In this document: positions 16,193 to 25,147 of the stretch, piece after piece | How positions within the stretch are numbered: position 1 is the stretch's first letter | Layout: each line of letters opens with the position of its first letter | Assembly (NCBI GenBank): GCA_036261425.1 | Contig: DATAKU010000123.1 | Coordinates: 1-37,651, forward strand | Source: Candidatus Limnocylindria bacterium | GTDB taxonomy: Bacteria > Chloroflexota > Limnocylindria > QHBO01 | DNA: 37,651 bases | Direction: 5' to 3' | Position numbers and translations under genes: made by a program | Notes under the pieces: model-generated | Database searches by the model: none | The model's input: the letters and a program-made list of their open reading frames with translations, nothing else | Told to the model about the DNA's origin: nothing

Positions 16193-19015
16193 ATGACCTC
16201 CGACTCCGCTGCCCGGCCGACCGTCATCCACCTCGTGCCGCACACCCATTGGGACCGGGAGTGGTACCGGCCGTTCCAGAGCTTCCGCATGCAGCTGGTC
16301 GACCTGGTGGACCGCGTGCTGGAGATGCTCGAGGCCGACGAGCGCTTCGCGTTCACCCTGGACGGCCAGCTCGCGACCATCGACGACTACCTCGAGATTC
16401 GACCGGACCAGGCGGATCGCATCGCGCGCCACGTGGCCAGCGGGCGGCTGGCCATCGGTCCGTGGCAGGTGCTCATGGACGAGTTCCTGGTCAGCGGCGA
16501 GACGCTCGTCCGCAACCTGGAGACCGGTTGGCGGCGCGCCCAGGACTTCGGCGGACCGATGCGGGTCGGCTACCTGCCCGACATGTTCGGCCATGTCGCC
16601 CAGATGCCGCAGATCCTGCGCCGGGCCGGCCTGGCCGACGCGGTCGTGTGGCGCGGGGTGCCGGCCGCAGTCGACCGCCACGCCTTCCGCTGGGAGAGCC
16701 CCGACGGGTCGTGGGTCCGCGCCGAGTACCTTCCGGCCGGGTACGGCAACGCGGCCTACCTGTTCGCCGTCCCGGAGCGCCTCGACGCGGCGGGGCGGCG
16801 ATTCCTGGACTGGGCGCGGCCGTGGTTCGGCAGCGACCCGGTGCTGGCCATGTACGGCACCGACCACACCGCGCCGATTCCCGAGCTGGCCGGGCTGGTC
16901 GGCCGTCTCAACGAGGTCCACGCCGCCTCGGCCATGCGGATCAGCACCCTGGCCGACTACATCGCCGCCGCGCCGGCCCTCACGGAGGCCGACCCGTGCT
17001 GGCGCGGCGAGATGCGCGCCGGAGCCCGAGCCAACGTCCTCATGGGCGTCGCCAGCGCCCGGATCGACATCAAGCAGGCGGCCGGGCGCGCGGAACGGCT
17101 CCTGGAGCGCTACGCCGAGCCGCTCACCGCGCTCCACGTCCTGCCGGCGGCCTGGCCCGAGGCGTTCCTGCGCCTGGCGTGGCGCAAGGTGATCGAGAAC
17201 TCGGCCCACGACTCGATCTGCGGATGCAGCGTCGACGCGGTGGTCGACCAGGTGCTGGTGCGGTTCGCGGAGGCGGAGCAGATCGCCGGCACGCTCACGC
17301 GACGGGCGGCCGTCGCCGTGGCCGGAGCCGTGCCGAAGGGCTGGCTGGCGATCCTCAACCCGACCCCCGCCGCCCGGTCCGCGGTGGTCGAGGCCGAGCT
17401 GCCGGTGCCCGACGATTGGGGGACGGTGGCGCTGGAGCTGCCCGACGGGACGCGCGTCGCCACCCAGGAGGTCTCCCGCAAGGAGCCGAACCTGTGGGAG
17501 GGCACGATGCTCGGCAGCGAGGTGGACGACCTCTTCCGTCGCTTCCACGGACGCGAGGTCTTCGACCACCTGTGGAACGGCTACCGCATCGACGGGCGGC
17601 GGATCACGCTGGAGGTGGACGACGACCCCGACCCGGTGTGGCTCGACGTCGACGGCCTGCGCGCGGAGGTGACGGCCGCCATGCGGTCGGTCCCTGACGA
17701 GGAGTGGCAGGTCAGGATCGTGGCGCGCTCGCGGCGCACGCTGGCCGCCTCGGTGCCGACGCCGGCGCTCGGCTGGACCGCGGTGCGGCCGGTGGCCGGC
17801 GAGGGCCGGGTCGGCGATCCGGTCTCGGCGGGACCCGAGGGGCGAAGCCTGACGAACGGGCTGCTCGCCGTCCGCGTGGGCGAGGACGGGACGCTTGCCC
17901 TGGAGTCCGCCGCGGGGTCGGTCGGGGGCATCGGGAGGATCGTCGACGGCGGCGACTACGGGGATTCCTACAACTACGCGCCGCCGGCGACCGATACCCT
18001 TGTCGAGGTCCCCTCCTCGGTCGACGTGGCCGTCGGACCGACCGGCCCCGTTCGGGGCGTGCTCACGGTGTCGCGCTCCTATCGCTGGCCGGTCGGCCTG
18101 GCGCACGACGGCACGGCTCGGCATGCCACCACGGTCGAGACCGAGGTCACCACCCGCGTCGAGCTGCGCGCGGGAGAGCCGTTCGCGCGGGTCGCCGTCT
18201 CCTTCGTCAATGACGCCGACGATCACCGCGTCCGCTTCCACGCGCCGCTCCTCCGGCGCGCGGGCTCCTCGCACGCCGAGGGGCAGTTCGCGGTCGTCGA
18301 GCGCGGGATGGTGGGCGAGGGCGGATACCGGGAGGAGCCGTTGCCGACCTACCCGGCCCACGGCTGGGTCGACGCCGGCGGCCTGGCCATCCTGCTCGAC
18401 CACCTCGCCGAATACGAGCTGACCGATGACGGCCGCCAGATAGCCCTCACCCTGCTCCGGTCCACGGGGCTCATCAGCCGAAACGACAACCCCTATCGCC
18501 AGGACCCGGCCGGACCGGAGATCGCCATCCCCGGCGCCCAGATGCGCGGCCGCTGGTCCATGACCTTCGGACTGTACCCGCATCCCGGCGACTGGTCCGA
18601 GGGACGGGTGGTGGACGCCGCGGAGCGCTACCGGCACGGCTTCGTGGTCGCCCCCGGCCTGGCGCCAGCTGGCTCCGCCGGCGTCCCGGCGGGCGCTGGG
18701 CACGAGGCCTTCTCGCTCGAGGGCCACGAGGTGGTGCTCACCTCCCTGCGCCGCCGCGACCCCGGCTGGTTGGAGGCGCGCGTCGTGAACCTGGCGTCGC
18801 GCCCCGCACGGGCCATCCTGCGCGGAGGAATCCTGGAGGGGCGTGGCGCGTCGCTCCGCGGCGAGCCCGGGGCCGCGCTGCCGGTCGACGGCGAGGGCGC
18901 GCTGCGGATCGAGCTCGGGGCGTCGGAGATCGCCACCGTTCAGCTGCGACGCACCGAGACCCCGGCCGGGCGGCCGGAGGTGCTCGACGCGACCGGCCCG
19001 CGCCAGAGCGGCTGA
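16193..19015 (+). CDS. glycoside hydrolase family 38 alpha-mannosidase, 940 aa, no signal peptide
   Basis: N-terminal GH38 metal/catalytic block HLVPHTHWDREWY...FTLDGQ...GPWQVLMDEFL..GE. The length is typical of cytoplasmic bacterial GH38 (MngB-like) enzymes. Confidence 0.9.
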   Translation: MTSDSAARPTVIHLVPHTHWDREWYRPFQSFRMQLVDLVDRVLEMLEADERFAFTLDGQLATIDDYLEIRPDQADRIARHVASGRLAIGPWQVLMDEFLVSGETLVRNLETGWRRAQDFGGPMRVGYLPDMFGHVAQMPQILRRAGLADAVVWRGVPAAVDRHAFRWESPDGSWVRAEYLPAGYGNAAYLFAVPERLDAAGRRFLDWARPWFGSDPVLAMYGTDHTAPIPELAGLVGRLNEVHAASAMRISTLADYIAAAPALTEADPCWRGEMRAGARANVLMGVASARIDIKQAAGRAERLLERYAEPLTALHVLPAAWPEAFLRLAWRKVIENSAHDSICGCSVDAVVDQVLVRFAEAEQIAGTLTRRAAVAVAGAVPKGWLAILNPTPAARSAVVEAELPVPDDWGTVALELPDGTRVATQEVSRKEPNLWEGTMLGSEVDDLFRRFHGREVFDHLWNGYRIDGRRITLEVDDDPDPVWLDVDGLRAEVTAAMRSVPDEEWQVRIVARSRRTLAASVPTPALGWTAVRPVAGEGRVGDPVSAGPEGRSLTNGLLAVRVGEDGTLALESAAGSVGGIGRIVDGGDYGDSYNYAPPATDTLVEVPSSVDVAVGPTGPVRGVLTVSRSYRWPVGLAHDGTARHATTVETEVTTRVELRAGEPFARVAVSFVNDADDHRVRFHAPLLRRAGSSHAEGQFAVVERGMVGEGGYREEPLPTYPAHGWVDAGGLAILLDHLAEYELTDDGRQIALTLLRSTGLISRNDNPYRQDPAGPEIAIPGAQMRGRWSMTFGLYPHPGDWSEGRVVDAAERYRHGFVVAPGLAPAGSAGVPAGAGHEAFSLEGHEVVLTSLRRRDPGWLEARVVNLASRPARAILRGGILEGRGASLRGEPGAALPVDGEGALRIELGASEIATVQLRRTETPAGRPEVLDATGPRQSG

Positions 19016-19066
19016 GCGCACGGTACGATACCGCCCCACGCAGATCGGAACGAACGGAGGACCACG

Positions 19067-19477
19067 GTGGAGCTCGAGCAGCTACTCGCTTCGGTGCCCC
19101 TCACCGCCGGGCTCGAGGCACGCACCCGTCGCCGCCTGGCCGAGATCGGCAAGCGACGCAGCTACCAGGCCGAAGAGGTGATCGTCCGCGAGGGCTCGAC
19201 GGGTACGGCGCTCTACATCATCCTCAGCGGCACGGCGCGGGTCGAGCGCGAGGGCGGGACCATCGGGCAGCTCTCCGCCGGCGACTTCTTCGGCGAGCTG
19301 GCGCTCATCGAGGAGCATCCGCGCTCCGCGACGGTGGTGGCCGCCACGCCGACCGAGTGCCTGCTCTTCCCGGCCTGGGAGTTCACCGCCCTGCTCAACG
19401 AGCATCCCGAGGTGGCGGTCCCGATCATGCGTGCGCTCATCGCCCGCATCCACCGCCGGGAGCACCACGGGGCCTGA
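19067..19477 (+). CDS. stand-alone cyclic-nucleotide-binding (CAP effector) domain protein, 136 aa
   Basis: GDFFGELALIEEHPRSATVVA phosphate-binding cassette. There is no HTH or other output domain. GTG start with GGAGGA 5 nt upstream. Confidence 0.85.
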   Translation: MELEQLLASVPLTAGLEARTRRRLAEIGKRRSYQAEEVIVREGSTGTALYIILSGTARVEREGGTIGQLSAGDFFGELALIEEHPRSATVVAATPTECLLFPAWEFTALLNEHPEVAVPIMRALIARIHRREHHGA

Positions 19478-19492
19478 ATCGCCGCCTCGCCG

Positions 19493-20179
19493 ATGACCGA
19501 TCGGATTCGCGTCGCCCTGGAGGTCGCCCCCAAGCGCTCGTTTGCGACGGCCATTGACTGGCCGGGCTGGTCGCGCGCCGGGAAGACGCCCGAGGCAGCC
19601 CTCCAGACACTCCTGGCCTACGGGATCCGGTACGCACCTGTTGCCGAACGAGCGGGGCAGCGGCTGGAGGTCCCCGGATCCGTGGACGTGATCGACATCA
19701 TCGAGCGCCTCGAAGGCGGCAGCGGAACCGAGTTCGGCGTCCCGGGCGTCCCCGCCTCGGCCGAGGGAGCCCCGGTCGATGCCGCCGACCTCGGACGCCT
19801 GACCGCCCTCCTGCGGGCGGCGTGGGAAACCTTCGACAACGCAGCCGCAGCCGCGGTCGGCGTCACGCTTCGGCTCGGACCCCGCGGCGGCGGCCGCAGC
19901 CTCGATAAGGTCATCGGGCACGTGCGTGACGCCGAGGTCGCCTATCTCGGCCAGCTCGGAGCCCGGCCTCCCGACGGCGCGGCCGATCCGGCCGACGGGA
20001 TGGACCGTATCCGTGCCGCGTTCCTCGAGGCGCTGCGGGCCCGCGTCGCCGGAGAGGCGCTCCCCAACCCGCGGCGCACGAAGAACCCGTGGTCGCCCCG
20101 GTACGCGGTGCGCCGCTCTGCCTGGCATGCCCTCGACCACGCCTGGGAGCTCGAGGACCGATCCACGCCGGCGACCTGA
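19493..20179 (+). CDS. hypothetical protein, probable DinB/YfiT-like helical bundle at the C-terminus, 228 aa
   Basis: His-containing segments VIGHVRDAEVAYL and SAWHALDHAWELEDR resemble the DinB-type metal triad. The assignment is tentative. Confidence 0.45.
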   Translation: MTDRIRVALEVAPKRSFATAIDWPGWSRAGKTPEAALQTLLAYGIRYAPVAERAGQRLEVPGSVDVIDIIERLEGGSGTEFGVPGVPASAEGAPVDAADLGRLTALLRAAWETFDNAAAAAVGVTLRLGPRGGGRSLDKVIGHVRDAEVAYLGQLGARPPDGAADPADGMDRIRAAFLEALRARVAGEALPNPRRTKNPWSPRYAVRRSAWHALDHAWELEDRSTPAT

Positions 20180-20245
20180 GGGGGCGGGGCTCCCGGGACC
20201 AGGCCTTCGGTCGTCTTGCGACGGTGATGCACAATTCTGTCGGCC

Positions 20246-20551
20246 ATGGGCCCTGACTCCATGGCGGCAGAGACGGGAGGCGTGCGAGCGGTGGGCTTTC
20301 CGCTGGATCGGATCGCGATGCTGGCGTTCGTCCTGGTCCTCGGCACGGTGATCGATCGGCTGCGACGTGACTCGTGGCGCGTGCTCGTACCCGACGTCAT
20401 CGGGTATACCCTGTGCCTCGCTGGCCTGTGGTGGGCCAGTGACATGGGTGGCGGGGCCTTCTACGCCGCCGCAGCGGCCAGCGCGGGGACGCTGATGTTC
20501 GCCTGGGCCGCGGGACGACGGGCCCTGGAGCGGGCGCGAACGGAAGCCTGA
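20246..20551 (+). CDS. small membrane protein (about 3 TM), 101 aa, unknown family
   Basis: High third-position GC. Hydrophobic segments MLAFVLVLGTVI, VIGYTLCLAGLWWA and AAAASAGTLMFAWAA. Confidence 0.45.
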   Translation: MGPDSMAAETGGVRAVGFPLDRIAMLAFVLVLGTVIDRLRRDSWRVLVPDVIGYTLCLAGLWWASDMGGGAFYAAAAASAGTLMFAWAAGRRALERARTEA

Positions 20552-20782
20552 CGGCCCCTGGCGCCGGAATGGGTGTTCACTGCAAGGGCCGGATCTTCAC
20601 CCGGCAGCCCGTGCGGATGCGGTTTCGTCCCTCCAAGGAATGTCCCGGAGCATGAGGCGCGCCCGGAGGTGCACGTCGTGCGCACCGGCGTTCCACCCAG
20701 GGACCAAACCCGCCCCTGAGGGCCACCTCGGGTGAACAAGCGGCGATGGATCGCCAGCAGCGGTGGCCCCCGACGCAAGCTC

Positions 20783-21184
20783 CTAGACCTCGGCGTTCGG
20801 GTCCTCGGCGGTGAGGAGGATCGGATTCCCGTCCGGGTCCTCGACGATGGCCGCGTACGGGCCGACCGACTTCCACGGCTCCCGTCGCCCCGCGTACCCC
20901 AGGCCCGTGAGGCGGGTGTAGAGCTCGTCGACCGCCTCCCGCGTTCCGGCGTAGAACTCCAGTGCCACGTTGTACGCGCCGCGCGGCGCGGGCCGTCGCT
21001 CGGCGTCGCTGCCGGGGAAGAAGACGGTGTCGAAGAACAGCGTCACGCCGCTCGGCATGCGGTGCATCACGAAGCGCTTGGTGTCCTCCTCGGGCGGGAT
21101 CGGCAGTCCCAGGTGCCGGTAGAAGTCCAGGGAGCGCTTCATGTCGGCCACCACCAGGCCGACCATGGCCAGCTGAATCGACAT
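20783..21184 (-). CDS. VOC (glyoxalase/bleomycin-resistance) family protein, 133 aa
   Basis: VGLVVADMKRSLDFYRHLGL and AAIVEDPDGNPILL strands. The start overlaps the ABC-2 permease stop by 1 nt (TGATG). Confidence 0.8.
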   Translation of the reverse strand: MSIQLAMVGLVVADMKRSLDFYRHLGLPIPPEEDTKRFVMHRMPSGVTLFFDTVFFPGSDAERRPAPRGAYNVALEFYAGTREAVDELYTRLTGLGYAGRREPWKSVGPYAAIVEDPDGNPILLTAEDPNAEV

Positions 21185-21975
21185 CAGGTCATCCTCGTGA
21201 GGATCGCCTCGCGGTCGAAGATCCAGTTCCCGATCGCGATCGACACGCCGATGAGCAGGGCGACCACCAGGTCACCGATGATCACCTGCTGCATCGTGAA
21301 CGAGGCCTGCCCGCTGAAGAAGCCCGCAACCGCCACGCCGATGACCGGGATGACGATGAAGGCCCCGAACTGCTGCGCCGTGCGCGGGTCGTTCACCCGC
21401 GAGCTCACGATGATCCCGAGCATGACGCTGAGCAGGCAGATGAGCGGCACCAGGGTGAGCATCGCCACCTGCCAGACGTCGTTGAAGATGAGCCGCGTCA
21501 GCACCGGGTCGGCGATCGCGCCGTTCACCAGCCCGTACAGGCCGAAGACGGCCCACGTGGCCAGCACGGCGGGCAGCGCCGCCGCCAGCGCCTTGCCGAT
21601 CAGCAGCTCGCTCACCTCCATCGGCGTCGCCAGCTGCGGCTCGAGCGACCGCGCCTGCTTCTCGCCGATGACCGATTGGGTGGCGATCGCCATCGGCACC
21701 ATGGCCGGGATGAGGAGGAAGTAGGCCATGAAATTCAGGACGATGAACCCCTGGGCCGCCAGCTTCGGCGCGAGGTCCGGGAACTGGCTGATGTACTGCT
21801 CGATCTGGCCCATCTGGTCCGGGTCGAGCTCGTTGACCTCGATGAAGGCCACCAGGCCGGTCGGAATCGAGGCGAAGATCAACGCCGGGAAGACGACGGC
21901 CGCCAGCAGCAGCCGGTTGGCGAGCAGGTCGCGAAGCTCCTTGCCGAGCACCGCCCCAACGTAACCGAGGCGCAT
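21184..21975 (-). CDS. ABC-2 type exporter permease, 263 aa
   Basis: Six hydrophobic segments. N-terminal KELRDLLANRLLL is typical of ABC-2/NatB-like permeases. 1-nt overlap (TGATG) with the ATPase stop at 21975. Confidence 0.8.
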   Translation of the reverse strand: MRLGYVGAVLGKELRDLLANRLLLAAVVFPALIFASIPTGLVAFIEVNELDPDQMGQIEQYISQFPDLAPKLAAQGFIVLNFMAYFLLIPAMVPMAIATQSVIGEKQARSLEPQLATPMEVSELLIGKALAAALPAVLATWAVFGLYGLVNGAIADPVLTRLIFNDVWQVAMLTLVPLICLLSVMLGIIVSSRVNDPRTAQQFGAFIVIPVIGVAVAGFFSGQASFTMQQVIIGDLVVALLIGVSIAIGNWIFDREAILTRMT

Positions 21976-22943
21976 CAGGCGGCCGCTCCCCCGGCCGGCT
22001 CGACCAGGCGCGGGTCGCGCTCCCCCGTCTCGCCGACCAGGTCCAGGTACACCTGCTCCAGCGTGGCCGCCTCCTCGGTGACGTGAACGATGCGGGCCCC
22101 CGCCTCCACCAGCGCGGCCACCAGGTCCGGGTTATCGCCGCGCGGCTCGCGGACCTCGACCAGGAGCGCGCCGTCGAGGGCCCGGGCCGCCTCCACGAAG
22201 CGGAGGCCGGCCAGCAGGTCCAGGAACGACTCCGGGCGCCGCGCGCCGACCAGCTCGACCCGCACGGTGGCCGTGCCGTTCCGGCGGCGGAGCCGCGCCG
22301 GCGTGTCGACGGTCAGCAGCGTCCCGCGCATGATCCCGATCCGGTCGCACAGCCGTTCCGCCTCGTCCAGGTTGTGGGTGCACACCACGATCGAGCGACC
22401 GGCGTCTCGCAGCGTGGCCACGAAGTCGCGCACGGTCTTGGCCGCCGACGGGTCGAGCGCGCTGGTCGGCTCGTCGAGGTAGAGCACCTGCGGCTCGTGC
22501 AGCAGAGCCCGGGCGATGGCCACCTTCTGGCGCATGCCCTTGCTGAACCCGGCGACCCTGCGGTCACCCTCGTCCGGTAGCCCGACGATGCCCAGGTAGC
22601 GGTCCACCGCCCGACGCAGGTCCGCCCCGCGCAGGCCGTACAGGCGGCCGTAGTAGCCCAGGTTCTGACGGGCGGTGAGCTTGTCGTGGAGGCCGGGTGA
22701 CTCGGTCAGCACGCCCGTCAGGGCCCGGATGCGCTGCGAGTCCGGACCAAGCGTCAGACCGTTGATCCGCGCGCCCCCGTCGCTCGGCGCGATGAGGCCC
22801 GACAGCATCCGCACCGTGGTCGTCTTGCCCGCGCCGTTCGGCCCCAGGATTCCGAAGATCTCCCCGTCGCCGACGGTGAAGCTCAGGTCGTGGACCGCCA
22901 CCAGCGAGCGGAAGCGCTTGGCCAGGCCGGTCGCCTCGATCAT
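21975..22943 (-). CDS. ABC transporter ATP-binding protein (ABC-2/DrrA-like, with C-terminal accessory domain), 322 aa
   Basis: Walker A GPNGAGKTT, signature FSKGMRQK, Walker B LYLDEPTSALD. Trimmed from 23132 to the ATG at 22943 (MIEATGLAKRF). Upstream of that, the neighbouring ATPase frame is the coding one. Confidence 0.9.
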   Translation of the reverse strand: MIEATGLAKRFRSLVAVHDLSFTVGDGEIFGILGPNGAGKTTTVRMLSGLIAPSDGGARINGLTLGPDSQRIRALTGVLTESPGLHDKLTARQNLGYYGRLYGLRGADLRRAVDRYLGIVGLPDEGDRRVAGFSKGMRQKVAIARALLHEPQVLYLDEPTSALDPSAAKTVRDFVATLRDAGRSIVVCTHNLDEAERLCDRIGIMRGTLLTVDTPARLRRRNGTATVRVELVGARRPESFLDLLAGLRFVEAARALDGALLVEVREPRGDNPDLVAALVEAGARIVHVTEEAATLEQVYLDLVGETGERDPRLVEPAGGAAA

Positions 22944-22947
22944 CGGC

Positions 22948-23736
22948 TCAGCGGCCTCGGGCGCGGTCCAGCAGGTCGCCCAGGCGTGCCCAGACCCGGC
23001 CGCCGTTGCCGACGCCGGAAGCACTCCCGTCCAGCGCGCGGCGGAAGTCACGGCCGTCGCTGCGGGCATCGGCCACGACCGTGCCGTCGGACAGTCGGAC
23101 CACCCGGTCGGTGGCGCCAGCCACGCCGGCATCGTGAGTGACGATGATGATCGTCACGCCCCGCTCCCGGTTCAGGGCGCGCAGGGTCTCCATGAGCCGC
23201 CCCGAGGTTGCCGAGTCGAGCTCGCCGGTCGGCTCGTCGGCCAGGATGACCGCCGGGTCGTTGACGAGGGCACGGGCGATGGCCACCCGCTGCTGCTCTC
23301 CGCCCGACAGCTCGGTCGGCCGATGGGTCCGTCGCTCACCGAGCCCGACCAGCTCGAGGAGCTCGCCCGCGCGGGCCCTGCCGTCTCGGCGACGGGGGCC
23401 GTAGCGCAGCGGCAGGAGCACGTTCTCGACGGCGGTCAGCGTCGGGATCAGGTTGAACTCCTGGAAGACGAAGCCGATCCGCTCGCGGCGGATGGTCGCC
23501 AGCTCGCCATCCGAGGCACCGATGACGCTGCGGCCGTCGATCGACAGCTCCCCGTCGCTCGGCCGGAGCAGGCAGCCCAGCAGGTCGAGCAGCGTCGTCT
23601 TGCCCGAGCCGGATCGGCCCATGATGGCCATGAACTCGCCGGCCTCCACGTCGAGACTGACGCCGTCGACGGCGCGCACCTCCGACGCCCCGCGTCGGTA
23701 GACCTTGGTGAGGTCGCGTGCCTCGAGGATCGGCAT
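22948..23736 (-). CDS. ABC transporter ATP-binding protein (MacB/LolD/FtsE-like), 262 aa
   Basis: Walker A GRSGSGKTT, signature LSGGEQQRVAIARAL, Walker B ILADEPTGELD. Confidence 0.9.
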   Translation of the reverse strand: MPILEARDLTKVYRRGASEVRAVDGVSLDVEAGEFMAIMGRSGSGKTTLLDLLGCLLRPSDGELSIDGRSVIGASDGELATIRRERIGFVFQEFNLIPTLTAVENVLLPLRYGPRRRDGRARAGELLELVGLGERRTHRPTELSGGEQQRVAIARALVNDPAVILADEPTGELDSATSGRLMETLRALNRERGVTIIIVTHDAGVAGATDRVVRLSDGTVVADARSDGRDFRRALDGSASGVGNGGRVWARLGDLLDRARGR

Positions 23737-23739
23737 CGG

Positions 23740-24903
23740 TCAGGTGCTCCGCAGCGCCGTGACCGGATCGAGCCGGGCGGCGCGCAGCGCGGGGTAGATG
23801 CCGGCCAGGGCGCCGAGCACGGTGGCGAAGACGAAGCTGCGCAGCAGCAGCATCGGCGTGAGGAGGAAGACCGTCGTCCCGGAGCCGGCCGTCTGCGCGT
23901 TGAGGATGACGACCAGGAGGGCTCCCGCCCCGAGACCGATGAGCCCGCCGATGGCCCCCAGCAGCGTCGCCTCGATCACGAACTCGCGCAGGATGGCGCT
24001 CGTCGGCGCGCCGACCGCCTTCTTGATGCCGATCTCCCGCACGCGCTCGCTGACCGTCATGACCATGGTGTTGATGACGCTCAGTCCGCCGACGATGACC
24101 GCGATCACGCTGGCGCCGACGATGATCAGGTTGAAGACGATGCTCGCCTGCCCGATCTGGTCGGCCACCTGGTCCGGCGTCACGACGCGCACCTCGGCCA
24201 GGACATCCTCGATCGCCGTGGCGATGCGGTCGGCATCGGCCAGGTCGTCGGGAAAGACCTCGATCTGGGTGGCGAGCTCATCGGTCCGTTCCTGGAACGC
24301 CTCCGGCACCGATTCGACGTAGATCTCCTGCGCATCACGCAGGGGCACATAGGCGATCTTGTCCGGGAAGGTGAGCGTGCGCTCCAGGACGCCGATGACC
24401 TCGAAGTCGCGCTCGCGCATGGTGAACGTGTCGCCGACCCGCAGGTCGTAGCGCTCGGCCAGGTCGGCGCCGATGACGGTCACCTGATCCTCCCCCGCCT
24501 CGAGCAGGCGCCCGGCGTCGACCCGCAGGTCCACGCTCTCGTCGTACCACGTCTCCGGCTCGATGCCGGTCAGCAGCTCCGGGATGTCGAAGCCGCCGAT
24601 CTCCTCGGGGTCGAGCAGCGTCTGGAGGACGGGCGTGGCGCGCTCGACGCCGTCGACCTCCTCGATCCGGAGCACGAGGTCCCGGGTGATGGGCCGGCTC
24701 GCGGCCTGGAAGCCCGACGCCGCGCCGGCGTCGAACACGAACAGACGCGTCCGGAAGTACTCGTCGCCACCGTCGACGAGAACGTTGAGCTTCTCGGCCA
24801 GCGCCCCCATCACGGTGAGCGCGAAGACACCGATGACGATGCCCAGGATGGTGAGCGCCGTCCGCAGCGGACGGCGCCAGATGTTGCTGATCGCTTCGCT
24901 CAT
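23740..24903 (-). CDS. FtsX/MacB-like ABC permease, 387 aa
   Basis: Starts MSEAISNIWRRPLRTALTILGIVIGV, then a large extracytoplasmic domain and 3 C-terminal TMs. Trimmed from 25020 to the ATG at 24903. Confidence 0.85.
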   Translation of the reverse strand: MSEAISNIWRRPLRTALTILGIVIGVFALTVMGALAEKLNVLVDGGDEYFRTRLFVFDAGAASGFQAASRPITRDLVLRIEEVDGVERATPVLQTLLDPEEIGGFDIPELLTGIEPETWYDESVDLRVDAGRLLEAGEDQVTVIGADLAERYDLRVGDTFTMRERDFEVIGVLERTLTFPDKIAYVPLRDAQEIYVESVPEAFQERTDELATQIEVFPDDLADADRIATAIEDVLAEVRVVTPDQVADQIGQASIVFNLIIVGASVIAVIVGGLSVINTMVMTVSERVREIGIKKAVGAPTSAILREFVIEATLLGAIGGLIGLGAGALLVVILNAQTAGSGTTVFLLTPMLLLRSFVFATVLGALAGIYPALRAARLDPVTALRST

Positions 24904-25147
24904 CTCGTGCTCGCATGCTAGCCGGGTTGGGGTCCGGTCGCCCATCGGTACGTTGGAGCCGCCCGCTCTGGATGCGATCCCGGCGATCGTGCACGCCACG
25001 AGTGCGTTCCATCCGGTCAAGTCGCGGGATGCCTCGCGGGTGGCGCACGGCGTCTTGCGGCCGGACCGAATGACCTCTCAGTTCCGCATCCCGTCAGGTG
25101 AGCTGACCGAATGCATCGGTCCTGGGCACCAGCCCTACCATGCGCGG

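Noticed and set aside
15908-19039. 1043-aa minus-strand ORF antisense to the GH38 gene. Similar giants occur at 11620..14418 (-), 32337..35453 (-), 5636..7090 (-), 26426..28483 (-) and 25135..26685 (-).
   Set aside because: The translations are Arg/Gly/Pro/Ala low-complexity with no motifs. They overlap genes that have clear family signatures. Long open antisense or off-frame ORFs are expected in stop-codon-poor, high-GC DNA.
25021-25039. Direct repeat TCGCGGG-N5-TCGCGGG in the divergent FtsX/Nudix spacer, as a possible operator.
   Set aside because: It is short, GC-rich and likely to occur by chance in this composition. There is no adjacent regulator gene.
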